From a virus (Duplodnaviria > Caudoviricetes), in the IMG/VR virus record IMGVR_UViG_3300032373_000050, positions 1-38,091 of that record: DNA of 38,091 nucleotides, one strand, 5' to 3'. The notes beneath the pieces are model-generated. The model was given only the letters and a program-made list of their open reading frames with translations, did not search any database and was not told the origin of the DNA. Each line of letters opens with the position of its first letter. Within the stretch, counting starts at the first letter, position 1. This document shows positions 1 through 8,676 of this stretch, piece by piece. The position numbers and the translations under genes were made by a program.

Positions 1-295
1 TGACGGTTGCCCACTCTGCGGCGCGCAGTGAGACAACTGTGCCGCTGTGCCCCATCGTGACGTTGCCCCATTGACTGCCAACTATCTTGAGCGAGTCAGT
101 ATCACCGGGCTCGTCGTAGGTGACCCTGAACTTTATATCTGGTACAGACTCTGAGACATCACCGTCCTCAGTCGCCTGCTCCAGACACTCGATCGCACCA
201 ACGTCGTTGTATATATCAGTAAGGTGCGCCACGTCGCGGGCGATCACTATGTCTGGTCCGACCTGCCAGAGTCTCATATCTGTCGTGTATTCCAT
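1..295 (-). CDS. Hypothetical protein spanning the circular junction, N-terminal part (~109 aa in total)
   Basis: ATG at 295 after AAGGA; MEYTTDMRLWQVGPDIVIAR... stays open to base 1 and, after circularisation, ends ...PAGILSSSEH* at 37930; not in the ORF track. Confidence 0.7.
   Translation of the reverse strand, partial: MEYTTDMRLWQVGPDIVIARDVAHLTDIYNDVGAIECLEQATEDGDVSESVPDIKFRVTYDEPGDTDSLKIVGSQWGNVTMGHSGTVVSLRAAEWATV
2..127. repeat. Terminal direct repeat (copy 1), circular-assembly overlap
   Basis: 2-127 is identical to 37966-38091 (126 bp); the preceding base differs (T at 1, C at 37965). Confidence 0.95.
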
Positions 296-597
296 ATCTC
301 TATCCTTGGGTTGGGGTGTCTCGCTGGGGGTAGGGTGTTGGAGGCTTTGAGCGCCTTGAGCTGTATCTCAAGGACATGGGCGGATTCCCTCATCTGAGAG
401 CACCGTCCAGACCTAGAATGGATCGCAGATATGCACGACTCTGCATCAGAGTACGTCGAGCAAGGTCTGACCGTGTGCCAGTCACCATCTCGGCCTTTCT
501 CTTGCAGGTGGATCTCGTGACCTGCTGCTACCAGCCTGTAGGGTACAGAGGATGGATCGGGGTGCCACTGCTGGCCGTCTGGTAGTCCCCGGCTCAT
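274..597 (-). CDS. Hypothetical protein
   Basis: 107-aa ORF with ATGA coupling to the upstream gene. Confidence 0.6.
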   Translation of the reverse strand: MSRGLPDGQQWHPDPSSVPYRLVAAGHEIHLQEKGRDGDWHTVRPCSTYSDAESCISAIHSRSGRCSQMRESAHVLEIQLKALKASNTLPPARHPNPRIEIWNTRQI

Positions 598-878
598 TTG
601 GACGGCTCATGCCAGCGCCGCATCAGCAGTTCGCTCCTGACCTTTTTACCGTGCTCTGTCAGCGTGAAGGAGGCATAGTGCCTATTGTGGGTCTCGCTGG
701 CAAGCCCAAGGCCGCACAGTTCCCTCCAGATCCGGCGCTCCCAACTGTGTTGATCGGGCAGCTTCCCACGCCCATACACGGCTGAGGTTCTCCGCATGAT
801 CTCCACCTGCTGAGTCTCCGTCATGCGCTCCACAGCGCTTGTGACAGTGGGCTCTTCCGGGGTGTCGTCAGGGCTCAT
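594..878 (-). CDS. Small winged-helix-like protein
   Basis: Start moved to ATG 878 (ATGA overlap with the 875 stop); MTETQQ...WRELCGLGLA...FTLTEHGKKVR resembles a wHTH wing motif. Confidence 0.6.
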   Translation of the reverse strand: MSPDDTPEEPTVTSAVERMTETQQVEIMRRTSAVYGRGKLPDQHSWERRIWRELCGLGLASETHNRHYASFTLTEHGKKVRSELLMRRWHEPSK

Positions 879-1066
879 GCTGCACCGCCTTCGGGCCACT
901 CGTCCTCGTCGCCACACCGGCAACAGTGGGCGCATTCCCTGCAGTCGCCGCAGGACCAACCCACATCTTCAAGCAGGGAGTCACATTCTGGGCAGCGGTC
1001 GCCGTCCTCGTCGTGCGCGCGCTTAGGCCCACCCGCTTGGGTGTTGGTATCGTTCATTGATTTCAT
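875..1066 (-). CDS. Small Cys-rich zinc-binding protein
   Basis: CPEC...CGDCRECAHCCRC; GAGG upstream; ends GGAA coupled to the next gene. Confidence 0.6.
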   Translation of the reverse strand: MKSMNDTNTQAGGPKRAHDEDGDRCPECDSLLEDVGWSCGDCRECAHCCRCGDEDEWPEGGAA

Positions 1067-1080
1067 CCTTCGCCTCTTCT

Positions 1081-1146
1081 TCCGCGCTCCCCCTCGGCTC
1101 GGCTTGCAATCCTTGCCGAGGGGTGCTCTGGATAGAGCTACGCGGA
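1081..1146 (-). ncRNA. Candidate structured RNA or leader (three-way junction)
   Basis: Stems TCCGCG/CGCGGA, GCTCT/AGAGC and CCCCTCGGC/GCCGAGGGG in an intergenic region. Confidence 0.35.
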
Positions 1147-1188
1147 CGAAATGACTACAATCACACTAACTCGTATTATGGATTAGGC

Positions 1189-1223
1189 AAAAAGAAACCC
1201 CCACCCGTGAGGATGAGGGCTCT
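1189..1223 (-). terminator. Rho-independent terminator
   Basis: Minus strand GAGCCCTCATCC-TCAC-GGGTGGGGGTTT followed by CTTTTT, downstream of 1303-1563. Confidence 0.6.
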
Positions 1224-1302
1224 CCCTTCAACGATAGACAACTGCGCGGCATGTGCTATTCGGGTTGCACCCCACACAAGCCGCTGGAGCTACGTGAGCA
1301 GT

Positions 1303-1563
1303 CTACCCGAGAGAGGGAGGGTAGACAAGGTGAGCTGTGAAGCGGTGCGCGATGATGCGCTTCCCTGTCTTGTGGTGATGCAGGTGGGGGCTGTCTGGGG
1401 CTCGGACGTTGCGCTCCTCTACGATCAGTGGATCGATGCGCTTGAAGTCCATACTCAGGTAGGCGCGACCATGTGTGCACAGGTCTCTGCCGATGTGCTT
1501 TTGGGCCTTGCCTCCCGCTCTCAGGACGGGGGTGGATGGGTTGACTGTGTGTTGACTGTTCAT
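1303..1563 (-). CDS. Hypothetical protein
   Basis: 86-aa ORF with AGAGGT-ACAAC-ATG ribosome-binding site, followed by a terminator. Confidence 0.55.
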   Translation of the reverse strand: MNSQHTVNPSTPVLRAGGKAQKHIGRDLCTHGRAYLSMDFKRIDPLIVEERNVRAPDSPHLHHHKTGKRIIAHRFTAHLVYPPSLG

Positions 1564-1642
1564 GTTGTACCTCTATGTATGCTTGGCGTGAGTGCCAAGA
1601 CTTGTGATGAGAAAAGCACCGTTTATTATGTACGGTGGACTG

Positions 1643-2023
1643 TCAGGATTGGACGGTGGGGTCTTGGGTGTTGATCTCATCGACCACAGGGCCGATGTCG
1701 AGCTCGTTCAAGTCTTCGAGGGTGGTGCATACCGAGGCCCACTCTGCAGCTTCCTGCGCTGGGATGATCCATGATGCAGTCCTGCCGAGTCGTCTCCACG
1801 GGTCACCATCTATGCTGATCGCTGCACAGACCATATGGCCCCCTGCTCGGACACCACCGGACACAGTAAAGCGGCCAATGCGGACCTCTCCGAATGGGGT
1901 GGAGATCATCCTGAACATGACCTCTTGGTTTGCGATCCAGTCACCGGTGCGGCTGTGCTTCTCGGTGTCAGACGGTAGAGAGCGCCACAGGGCTCGACGC
2001 TGCTCTATTTCAGGGGTGCCCAT
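1643..2023 (-). CDS. Hypothetical protein
   Basis: Start moved to ATG 2023 (MGTPEIEQ...), AGAGG SD just after the upstream stop. Confidence 0.6.
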   Translation of the reverse strand: MGTPEIEQRRALWRSLPSDTEKHSRTGDWIANQEVMFRMISTPFGEVRIGRFTVSGGVRAGGHMVCAAISIDGDPWRRLGRTASWIIPAQEAAEWASVCTTLEDLNELDIGPVVDEINTQDPTVQS

Positions 2024-2036
2024 GGTGAGCCTCTGT

Positions 2037-2789
2037 TTAGGTGTGATCCGCTGGAGGGGTGCGGGTGAAGATGGGTCGGTCGTCACTCCAGGGGCTCATA
2101 TCTGCGTTGATCTCGCAACCAAATTCCGTCTCGCACCTCGTCACAGCCTTCAGGTTGTCGCCGCCGGGGACGCTCCTCACGTCGCACACTGCACCAGAAG
2201 GGAACCAATCATGCCAAGCGTGTTCGCCTACCTCGTCCACCCACACTACGTCGCCCTCCTTGAGCGGCTCCTCTTCAGGCTCAGGGGTGGGCCCCTCTGG
2301 GTGAGGCAGGGCCACAGGGACACGGATCTGGGTGGCCTCCAACTTGTCGAGGCGATCGTCTGTTTGGATGAGGTGAGAGAAAGCCATCGCTGCCTCTTCT
2401 GCTTGCAGGGCCTCAAGGGCTACAAGGCGCTTGTTGAGTTTCTCGATCCGCTCAGTGTTGAGGGCTGCGAGACCCTTGGCCGCCTCTCCTGCGATGCGTG
2501 CTTTCTCTGCGCGCTCTCCGATCTCGCCAAGACCCGGCAGATCCTTAGTGGGCTCGATGCGCCCAGAGAGCAGCTCAATGGCGACAGGGAGCAGGGCTGC
2601 ACATTTCTGGATGCGCCCAAACTCCAGATCATCCCGGCATACGATCAGCAAGCCAAGGAGATCGCCCGCGTCCATCCCTTCGAGCACTTTAGGGGCCTCG
2701 GTGAGGCAAGCGTCAGCCTCTACGATCCTTGAGTGGCAGAGGTGGTTCTGCGCTGTGATGCAGAGTAGGCGTGCGGCTTTGTAGGTCAT
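2037..2789 (-). CDS. Hypothetical protein with coiled coil and possible C-terminal SH3/KOW-like domain
   Basis: 250 aa; heptad-rich middle, Pro/Glu linker, then PLKEGDVVWV; ATGA-coupled to rusA. Confidence 0.65.
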   Translation of the reverse strand: MTYKAARLLCITAQNHLCHSRIVEADACLTEAPKVLEGMDAGDLLGLLIVCRDDLEFGRIQKCAALLPVAIELLSGRIEPTKDLPGLGEIGERAEKARIAGEAAKGLAALNTERIEKLNKRLVALEALQAEEAAMAFSHLIQTDDRLDKLEATQIRVPVALPHPEGPTPEPEEEPLKEGDVVWVDEVGEHAWHDWFPSGAVCDVRSVPGGDNLKAVTRCETEFGCEINADMSPWSDDRPIFTRTPPADHT

Positions 2790-3226
2790 TGTGTGATCCT
2801 TGTGATCGTGACGGTTGTGTGTGGCTGCTCGCCAATGGCGGCGTAGTATTTGGGGTTTGATCCATCGCAGACATAGCAGTCATCTCGCCAGATCTTCGCC
2901 TGTGTGATCCCATCCATGACACCCTTGATGAGATTGTCCCGGTCGGGCGTTGGCCAATACGGGGATCGACCTGGGGGCAGCTCGTAGCGCTCACCCGTTG
3001 GGGTCTTGGTGGTGCCTGTCTCTGGGTGTGTGGGGTTCTTAGGGCGTGCGAAGATGAAGGTAGCATCGAGACGCAAGGGGACGCGCAGACCACGGATCCC
3101 GCCGCTTGCTGCTGCCGCATGCTGAGCTACCAACTTCTCCCATGCTCGTGTCGCTGGAGGGGTGCGCCCGTGCTTGTCTCTGCGCTGCCATGCGTGGGGC
3201 TTTCCGGGGATGACGAAGGTGATCAT
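2786..3226 (-). CDS. rusA: RusA-family Holliday junction resolvase
   Basis: N-terminal FVIPGKP and catalytic motif PDRDNLIKGVMDGI...WRDD. Confidence 0.9.
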   Translation of the reverse strand: MITFVIPGKPHAWQRRDKHGRTPPATRAWEKLVAQHAAAASGGIRGLRVPLRLDATFIFARPKNPTHPETGTTKTPTGERYELPPGRSPYWPTPDRDNLIKGVMDGITQAKIWRDDCYVCDGSNPKYYAAIGEQPHTTVTITRITQ

Positions 3227-3453
3227 GTCGCCTCCCAGAATGCCGCCATGTACTCCGCGAGTTCTCCGGCTTGGAATGTGTCACACCCCGCCTTGAGGGC
3301 GCTGGCCACTATGGTCCTCTCAAGGACTTCAAGGTTGTCGCCAGCCTGAGCGAAGTCGCTGACGGTGATCGTGACAGGTGGCGCACCCTTGATGGTGCAG
3401 AGCAGATCCCCGTTGTCTTGGGGCTCGATGGTTAGCCGTTCTTCGATGCTCAC
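3223..3453 (-). CDS. Hypothetical protein
   Basis: 76 aa, GTGA/ATGA coupling on both sides. Confidence 0.6.
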   Translation of the reverse strand: MSIEERLTIEPQDNGDLLCTIKGAPPVTITVSDFAQAGDNLEVLERTIVASALKAGCDTFQAGELAEYMAAFWEAT

Positions 3454-3668
3454 TGTGCACCCCCAGCCAGCTTCAGCAGAGCTAGCCGGTCCTTATCGGT
3501 CATGGCTACCGCATCCATGTATTTCGCCACGCTGATGATCCCTTGAGCGGGTGAGCGCTCTAGGTTCCGCACGGTGGACGGATCCACTTCGAGCTTGTGT
3601 GCGACATCAACCTGAGTGAGTCCTCGCCCCTTGCGTACATCCTGGATCGTATCTCGCCACTTGTTCAT
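3450..3668 (-). CDS. XRE/Cro-family helix-turn-helix regulator
   Basis: IQDVRKGRGLTQVDVAHKLEVDPSTVRNLE; AGGAGG SD; first gene of a divergent operon. Confidence 0.9.
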   Translation of the reverse strand: MNKWRDTIQDVRKGRGLTQVDVAHKLEVDPSTVRNLERSPAQGIISVAKYMDAVAMTDKDRLALLKLAGGAQ

Positions 3669-3766
3669 ATTGGCCTCCTACCGTAGCGTTAACGCGATAC
3701 TATCTAACGGCAAGTTATTTGACGCTTAGCGCTAAGGCGGGTAGGCTGCATTCAGGAGGTGAGAGA
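3669..3766. promoter_or_regulatory. Divergent promoter region with palindromic operator candidates
   Basis: Plus-strand TTGACG(3719)-17bp-TAGGCT(3742); back-to-back minus-strand TTGCCG; palindromes GCGTTAACGC (3686-3695) and CTTAGCGCTAAG (3725-3736), both overlapping TAGCGyTAA. Confidence 0.65.
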
Positions 3767-3961
3767 ATGAGTCAACAATCAAGCGGCGGCGGGATCAGTG
3801 CGGTCGGTGTCATCGGCATCGTCGTGGCGATGGGGTGCAGCTTCATGCTCAAGAACGGGCTCGGCTGGGTGCTGTTCCACGGGCTACTCGGCTGGTTCTA
3901 CCTGATCTACCTGTGCGCAGGCTTCGGCGGCGGCTTTCCTGACATTCACGGAGCGATGTAA
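3767..3961 (+). CDS. Small membrane protein
   Basis: AGGAGGT SD, ATG 3767; two hydrophobic segments. Confidence 0.7.
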   Translation: MSQQSSGGGISAVGVIGIVVAMGCSFMLKNGLGWVLFHGLLGWFYLIYLCAGFGGGFPDIHGAM

Positions 3962-4248
3962 TGACCAACACTGAAATCAGCATGGCAGCCGAGCTTGCAG
4001 GCGGGACGACAGAGTCTATGGCCAGAGCAGCAGCGTTCAACAGCCGCGACAAGCGGGCACTTATGGTCGGGCTTGACCTGATGGTGCTTGATGAGGATGT
4101 GGAGCACCTGTCAGATGGTTGGGTGCCACAGGTGACGCTGCCAGTCCTCAGCGATGACGGCGAGACAACGACCGATCGGGTCTTCGTTCGGCAGCGGGTT
4201 GGCAACGCCCTCCAGCAAGCAGTGATCTACACAGAGGAGCCAGCATGA
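3961..4248 (+). CDS. Hypothetical protein
   Basis: 95 aa, TAATG coupling. Confidence 0.65.
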   Translation: MTNTEISMAAELAGGTTESMARAAAFNSRDKRALMVGLDLMVLDEDVEHLSDGWVPQVTLPVLSDDGETTTDRVFVRQRVGNALQQAVIYTEEPA

Positions 4249-4679
4249 AGGCACCACAGGAGATCCTTGAGGGGTTGACGGATGAGCAGAGAGAGATGGT
4301 GATGGAGGGCTACAGGAAGCTCGACGGGCCAAGCAAGGAGGAGCAGGCACCGTGGACACAGATGGCCCGAAAGAAGCTGTTTTCGTCCAGTTCGCACAAG
4401 GCGGGGAGTTCTTTTTACGGGTACTGGTCGGTGACCGAATACGAGCTGACCCCGCTCGGCAACGAGGTGCGGGCCCTTATCGTCGCTGAAGAGGCTGTGA
4501 AACTGGCAGCGCTCAAGGAGAGTCTTGGCACTGTGCAGGTCCCTGCATGGATGCTGCTGTGCATCGCTGAGTGTAAGCAGGGCATAGAGTTTGAAGCTCT
4601 GGCACACCGAGCAGGGCAGACCGTCGACCACACCGAGCTGAGAGAAACGCTTGAGCGGATCGCACGAGGTGAGGCATGA
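4245..4679 (+). CDS. Hypothetical protein with winged-helix-like N-terminus
   Basis: LTDEQ...W...YELTPLGNEVR; ATGA-coupled. Confidence 0.65.
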   Translation: MKAPQEILEGLTDEQREMVMEGYRKLDGPSKEEQAPWTQMARKKLFSSSSHKAGSSFYGYWSVTEYELTPLGNEVRALIVAEEAVKLAALKESLGTVQVPAWMLLCIAECKQGIEFEALAHRAGQTVDHTELRETLERIARGEA

Positions 4680-4945
4680 AGTGGGCAACGTCACTGATTA
4701 TCGACAACTTCAAGGACATCCACCTGACGGAGCAGTTCTACCGGGTGCATGGGAGCTTGCTACAAGCTGAAGCGTTTGCACGAGGGGCCAGAGCTGCGGG
4801 TGGCCTCATCAACGAGGGCTCTCTCCTCGCTGTCGTCATCGTGAGCGAGGCGGGCGACATCAACTATGCAGGGCTCGGGTACTCGGATCGGTACATGGAT
4901 CAGATCAAAGCAACCCTAAAGAAGCTCAGAGGTGACCGATGCTGA
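4676..4945 (+). CDS. Hypothetical protein
   Basis: 89 aa, GAGG SD, ATGA-coupled. Confidence 0.65.
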   Translation: MKWATSLIIDNFKDIHLTEQFYRVHGSLLQAEAFARGARAAGGLINEGSLLAVVIVSEAGDINYAGLGYSDRYMDQIKATLKKLRGDRC

Positions 4946-5250
4946 ATAAGATCCCGCACTCTCTCAGAGGTATGCTTCTGCTGGGGCTGCTCGCTTGGGG
5001 TGTCTACATCTCACCGATGAGTCCGATCACAGCTCTGGTGATGTGTGGAGGGGCTACGGGTGGGCTGCTGTACTCTTTGTCTCTACACGCTGGGCTGTGG
5101 ACGCTTGGCTATCTCAAGGGCAAAGACTCTTCGCAGAGCGTGGCTAATGTCACAGCTGCGGTGACGGTCCACTCGATGTATGCAGCGCGGGTGGTCTGGT
5201 GGCTCACCGGTATCGCTGCTGTGGTGCTGTCGCTCAAGGCGGTGCTCTAA
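4939..5250 (+). CDS. Membrane protein (about 3 TM segments)
   Basis: 103 aa with several hydrophobic stretches; GAGGT SD. Confidence 0.65.
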   Translation: MLNKIPHSLRGMLLLGLLAWGVYISPMSPITALVMCGGATGGLLYSLSLHAGLWTLGYLKGKDSSQSVANVTAAVTVHSMYAARVVWWLTGIAAVVLSLKAVL

Positions 5251-5255
5251 TCAGG

Positions 5256-5290
5256 TTGCACGAAAACCCCAAGACAGGTAGGTTTGTATT
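5256..5290 (+). promoter_or_regulatory. Sigma70-like promoter, probably giving a leaderless mRNA
   Basis: TTGCAC-17bp-TAGGTT ending 6 nt before ATG 5291; no SD. Confidence 0.5.
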
Positions 5291-5854
5291 ATGAGATACT
5301 TAATCATCACACTAATGCTCTGTTCATGTGGAGCCTCTAAGGACACAGCGAGCAGCAGCGACAGCGCCGCACCGGAGCGAGAAGTTGAAACAGACACTGG
5401 GCAGGCCCCGCAAGACTCGGGCGCTCCTGATGACTCTGGCGCTCCACTTGACACCGGCGAGCCCCCAGAAGATACGGGGACCGCTCCCGATGACACCGGC
5501 ATGGGTGATACAGGTGAGGCCGAAGAACCGGAAGACCTCTGCGCGGATCCGCTCGGCTCTGTAGAGTGGGGCGTGGTCGAGTCGCAGTCGGGTACCGGGG
5601 TCTACAACCTGGGCAGCATCGAGGGGGACGCGGTGGTCTGCTCCATCTCATGTGTGGGCGCAGAGGGATGGCTGAGCAGCTCGGCAAGCTGCAAGGATGC
5701 TGACGGTGAGCCGCTCGTGCTCTCTCTGCCCTATGTGCTGGGTGAGCCCGTGAGCCTGTGTGTGGATGTGGGCGCAACAGGTGGCTGCGATGTCTACACA
5801 TCCGACAAGACACCATCGCCGGACGGGGTCTATTCTGTCCGGCTGGGAGGCTGA
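5291..5854 (+). CDS. Lipoprotein with DTG/DSG acidic repeats and a Cys-rich C-terminal domain
   Basis: Signal peptide MRYLIITLMLCS-C; seven DTG/DSG motifs; six Cys in the C-terminal domain. Confidence 0.8.
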   Translation: MRYLIITLMLCSCGASKDTASSSDSAAPEREVETDTGQAPQDSGAPDDSGAPLDTGEPPEDTGTAPDDTGMGDTGEAEEPEDLCADPLGSVEWGVVESQSGTGVYNLGSIEGDAVVCSISCVGAEGWLSSSASCKDADGEPLVLSLPYVLGEPVSLCVDVGATGGCDVYTSDKTPSPDGVYSVRLGG

Positions 5855-5855
5855 T

Positions 5856-6068
5856 ATGGAGCGAGCGAAACGCAGGCACGACAAGGTGTGGCACATCAAG
5901 ACATCCACAGCGGGCGTCATGCTGTGCGGTGAGTTCATCAACGCCTCCATGCTGGTCAACAGAGTCAACGACTACGGCGGGCTGCACTGCGTAAGGTGTG
6001 AGCAGGCGCACATAATCGAGGGCGACAAGCATAGAGCGCCCACAGATGTGATCCGAGGTGGACGATGA
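5856..6068 (+). CDS. Small zinc-finger-like protein
   Basis: Start ATG 5856 after GGAGG; H...C...CxxC pattern (WHI...LCG...CVRC). Confidence 0.6.
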   Translation: MERAKRRHDKVWHIKTSTAGVMLCGEFINASMLVNRVNDYGGLHCVRCEQAHIIEGDKHRAPTDVIRGGR

Positions 6069-6307
6069 GCAAGATTGAAAAAGCTAAATTCGCGGTCTGG
6101 CTGATCGTGCTCTTGGTGTGCGTGGCGAGCATTGTGCGCGGCAGACTGCTCAACATACCCTCCTACGATGGCGCGTGGACCAGACTGTCTACCGAGCAGC
6201 GTACATCCTCGGCTGGGTCCATACCAGAGGTGTACTCGGCCACGTTTGATGGGCGTAAATGCCTCGTGATGGTTGGGCCGCTGTTTGACGATCTGGAGTG
6301 TGAGTGA
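6065..6307 (+). CDS. Membrane-anchored hypothetical protein
   Basis: N-terminal hydrophobic helix; ATGA-coupled. Confidence 0.6.
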   Translation: MSKIEKAKFAVWLIVLLVCVASIVRGRLLNIPSYDGAWTRLSTEQRTSSAGSIPEVYSATFDGRKCLVMVGPLFDDLECE

Positions 6308-6777
6308 TGACTACAGGCAAAGTGGGGCCGAGAAGCAAGTACACCCCGCAGTGTCACGAGGACATTGTGGAGGCGTCAGAGCTTGGCGCATCAATGAAGG
6401 ATGCAGCTGCGTGTGGCGGCATCAGTCTCGGCACATTTATGCGCTGGCTCGCTGATGGGAGGGAGACGCCTGATAGCCGCTACCGGCAATTATATGACGA
6501 TGTGATCCGTGCGAGAGGCAAGGGCTGCCGAGACGCATTGAGACAGCTTAAAGCGCTGAGAGCATCCGACAACGAGAAGGTCAAGCTCGAAGCGGTCAAA
6601 TTCACAGTAGGCTCCGTGCATGGCTATAACAAGCAGCGTGTCGAGGTGCAGATCTCCAGCGGTGTAGACGAGATGACAGAGGTGGAAGACCTGCTCAAGC
6701 TCATCAAGATCGGCGGTGAGACAGCAGCTGCCCTTGAGGATGTTGACGACGACGAGCCAGAAGAGGGGGAAGAATGA
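6304..6777 (+). CDS. terS: Terminase small subunit (HTH type)
   Basis: GPRSKYTP...GASMKDAAACGGISLGTFMRW HTH, acidic tail, upstream of TerL. Confidence 0.75.
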   Translation: MMTTGKVGPRSKYTPQCHEDIVEASELGASMKDAAACGGISLGTFMRWLADGRETPDSRYRQLYDDVIRARGKGCRDALRQLKALRASDNEKVKLEAVKFTVGSVHGYNKQRVEVQISSGVDEMTEVEDLLKLIKIGGETAAALEDVDDDEPEEGEE

Positions 6778-7070
6778 GCACCAACAGATTGGGGAAATCC
6801 ATCATGGAAGCCTGGGATATGCGCGAGCGCTGGGGGCACGGCATCGGCACAGAGGAGAACCGAGACCAGCAAGGGGCTGAAGACATCAAGGGGATCTTTA
6901 TGGCTCGGCATAAGTCCGTGAGGGAAAGCGCAGCGTCTGACGCAGAGGCTTTCGTTGAGTGCCAGACGCTGTGCGGCGACACCCGCCCACACATCTGGGG
7001 TTGCGCCTGGGGGAAGTCCAAAGGCGAGGCTGTGCACAGGTGGGGCAGCACATGCGGGAGGCAGGTGTGA
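6774..7070 (+). CDS. Hypothetical protein
   Basis: 98 aa, ATGA-coupled to TerS. Confidence 0.5.
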   Translation: MSTNRLGKSIMEAWDMRERWGHGIGTEENRDQQGAEDIKGIFMARHKSVRESAASDAEAFVECQTLCGDTRPHIWGCAWGKSKGEAVHRWGSTCGRQV

Positions 7071-7273
7071 GCATAAGAGGAAAAAAGGTGAAGCGCGCGC
7101 CAACCCCTCCGCGCTATCCGGTGAGGACCGGGAGGATGCGTCAGTCCTTTGATACTGGTGCTTTGGTGCTCCGCTCGGGATCGGTGAAGATCATCCAGCT
7201 TGAGAAGGCTGAGTGCTCATCCTGTGGCGCTCCTGGGTACTGCGGCGCTCTCTGCGAGTACTGTGGAACATGA
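7067..7273 (+). CDS. Zinc-ribbon protein (copy 1)
   Basis: GTG 7067 overlaps the previous stop; ends ECSSCGAPGYCGALCEYCGT. Confidence 0.6.
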   Translation: MSIRGKKVKRAPTPPRYPVRTGRMRQSFDTGALVLRSGSVKIIQLEKAECSSCGAPGYCGALCEYCGT

Positions 7274-8676
7274 AACCCTCCCTCCTACAGATGGAAGCCA
7301 TACGCAAAGCTGCCGCTGCCTCTGAGCGGCTCGCTGCCCTCAAGGCAAAGTACCCGCTCGGCTTCGCACGACTCTGGCACAGGAAGCTGCCCCGCACCTC
7401 TCAGCGTAGAGCTATGCGACGCTTCACTCGTGACAAGATCATGTGCTTCATCTTGGGAGGGAACCGGACAGGTAAGTCAGAGCTTGGCGGCATGTGGACG
7501 GTGTGTCAGGCGCTCGGCAGAGATCACCCCATCGCTGCGGCGTTCATTAAGAACAACGGGCTGGATCCTCTCTGCTTCCCAGAGGGGCCGGGTGTGATGT
7601 GGGCTATCGCTCTCTCACACAAGGATAGCCGGCGCTATGTGCGGAAGAAGATCGCTACCTATCTCCCGTCTGGGTGCAAGTTCCGCAGCTGGAACGCTGA
7701 CGATGAGTGCGAAGTCACACTGCCTAATGGCGGCAGGATCGTGTGCAAGGCCGTCAAGCAGGGCGAGAGCGCATTCCAAGGCGACGATATCCGGGGTGCG
7801 TGGTTCGATGAGGAGCCCCCGAATTACAAGGTGGTCACTGAGACACTGATGAGGCTCGCGGACCAGCGCGGCAAGATGCTCTTTACGATGACCCCGCTGA
7901 AGGGTCAGACCAAGATGCTCCGCGAGTTCGTGCTCGCCAAGGTGAAAGATCCTGACGTGGTGGTGAGTTGGTTGCACGGCATGGACAATCCTCATGTCCC
8001 CGCTGACTTCCTTGAGAAACTCTACCGCAAGCAAGGGGCGCACGAGCGCAGGGCGAGACAGTACGGCGAGATTGTAGCCCTTGAAGGGCGCGTGTATGCC
8101 GAGTGGCAGCAGCAGGTGCATGTGATCGACCACTACTCAGAGATCGGCATGACCGGCAAGGACTGGGCCGCTGCTGACTCATACGGTGGGATCGACTTCG
8201 GGACGCGCAACCCGTTCTGCTACCTGCTGGCGCGTCACTGGGTGGAGAAGGACATCATCATCGTCTCGAAGGAGCACTATCAGGCAGAGTGGAGCCTCGG
8301 CAGGCACGCCAAGCGGATCCGAGAGCTTGAGAAGGGGCACGACATCCTCAACCGCTTTGCAGATCCAGCAGGCGCACAGGAGCGCGTAGATCTGGAGTGG
8401 GAGCACGACATCGAGACGGAGACAGCTATCAAGGACGTGAGAGCAGGAATCTCAGAGGTGGCCTCTCGGCTCACCATCAGCGAGGACGGCAAGGCGGGGA
8501 TCTATGTGCTCAGCGAGTGCGAGAACCTTGTCCGCGAGTGGGGCTCCTATGTGTGGGATGAGCGCACGACAAAGACAGACCAGCCCGAGGCCCCACTCAA
8601 GAAGGATGATCACGCGATGGATGTGATCAGGTACGTCTGCATGGGCGTGAGAGACAGCGGCTTTGGCTGCGGATAA
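7270..8676 (+). CDS. terL: Terminase large subunit
   Basis: Walker A GGNRTGKS, Walker B AWFDEEP, motif TMTP, nuclease motifs GIDFG, FADP, DDHAMD; start ATG 7270. Confidence 0.97.
   Translation: MKPSLLQMEAIRKAAAASERLAALKAKYPLGFARLWHRKLPRTSQRRAMRRFTRDKIMCFILGGNRTGKSELGGMWTVCQALGRDHPIAAAFIKNNGLDPLCFPEGPGVMWAIALSHKDSRRYVRKKIATYLPSGCKFRSWNADDECEVTLPNGGRIVCKAVKQGESAFQGDDIRGAWFDEEPPNYKVVTETLMRLADQRGKMLFTMTPLKGQTKMLREFVLAKVKDPDVVVSWLHGMDNPHVPADFLEKLYRKQGAHERRARQYGEIVALEGRVYAEWQQQVHVIDHYSEIGMTGKDWAAADSYGGIDFGTRNPFCYLLARHWVEKDIIIVSKEHYQAEWSLGRHAKRIRELEKGHDILNRFADPAGAQERVDLEWEHDIETETAIKDVRAGISEVASRLTISEDGKAGIYVLSECENLVREWGSYVWDERTTKTDQPEAPLKKDDHAMDVIRYVCMGVRDSGFGCG

Noticed and set aside
1081-1146. Canonical tRNA gene
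   Set aside because: No T-arm (TTCGA), no 7-nt anticodon loop, no CCA end
1635-2732. 365-aa plus-strand ORF (also 1057-1674)
   Set aside because: Antisense shadow of a coupled minus-strand operon; no SD or motifs
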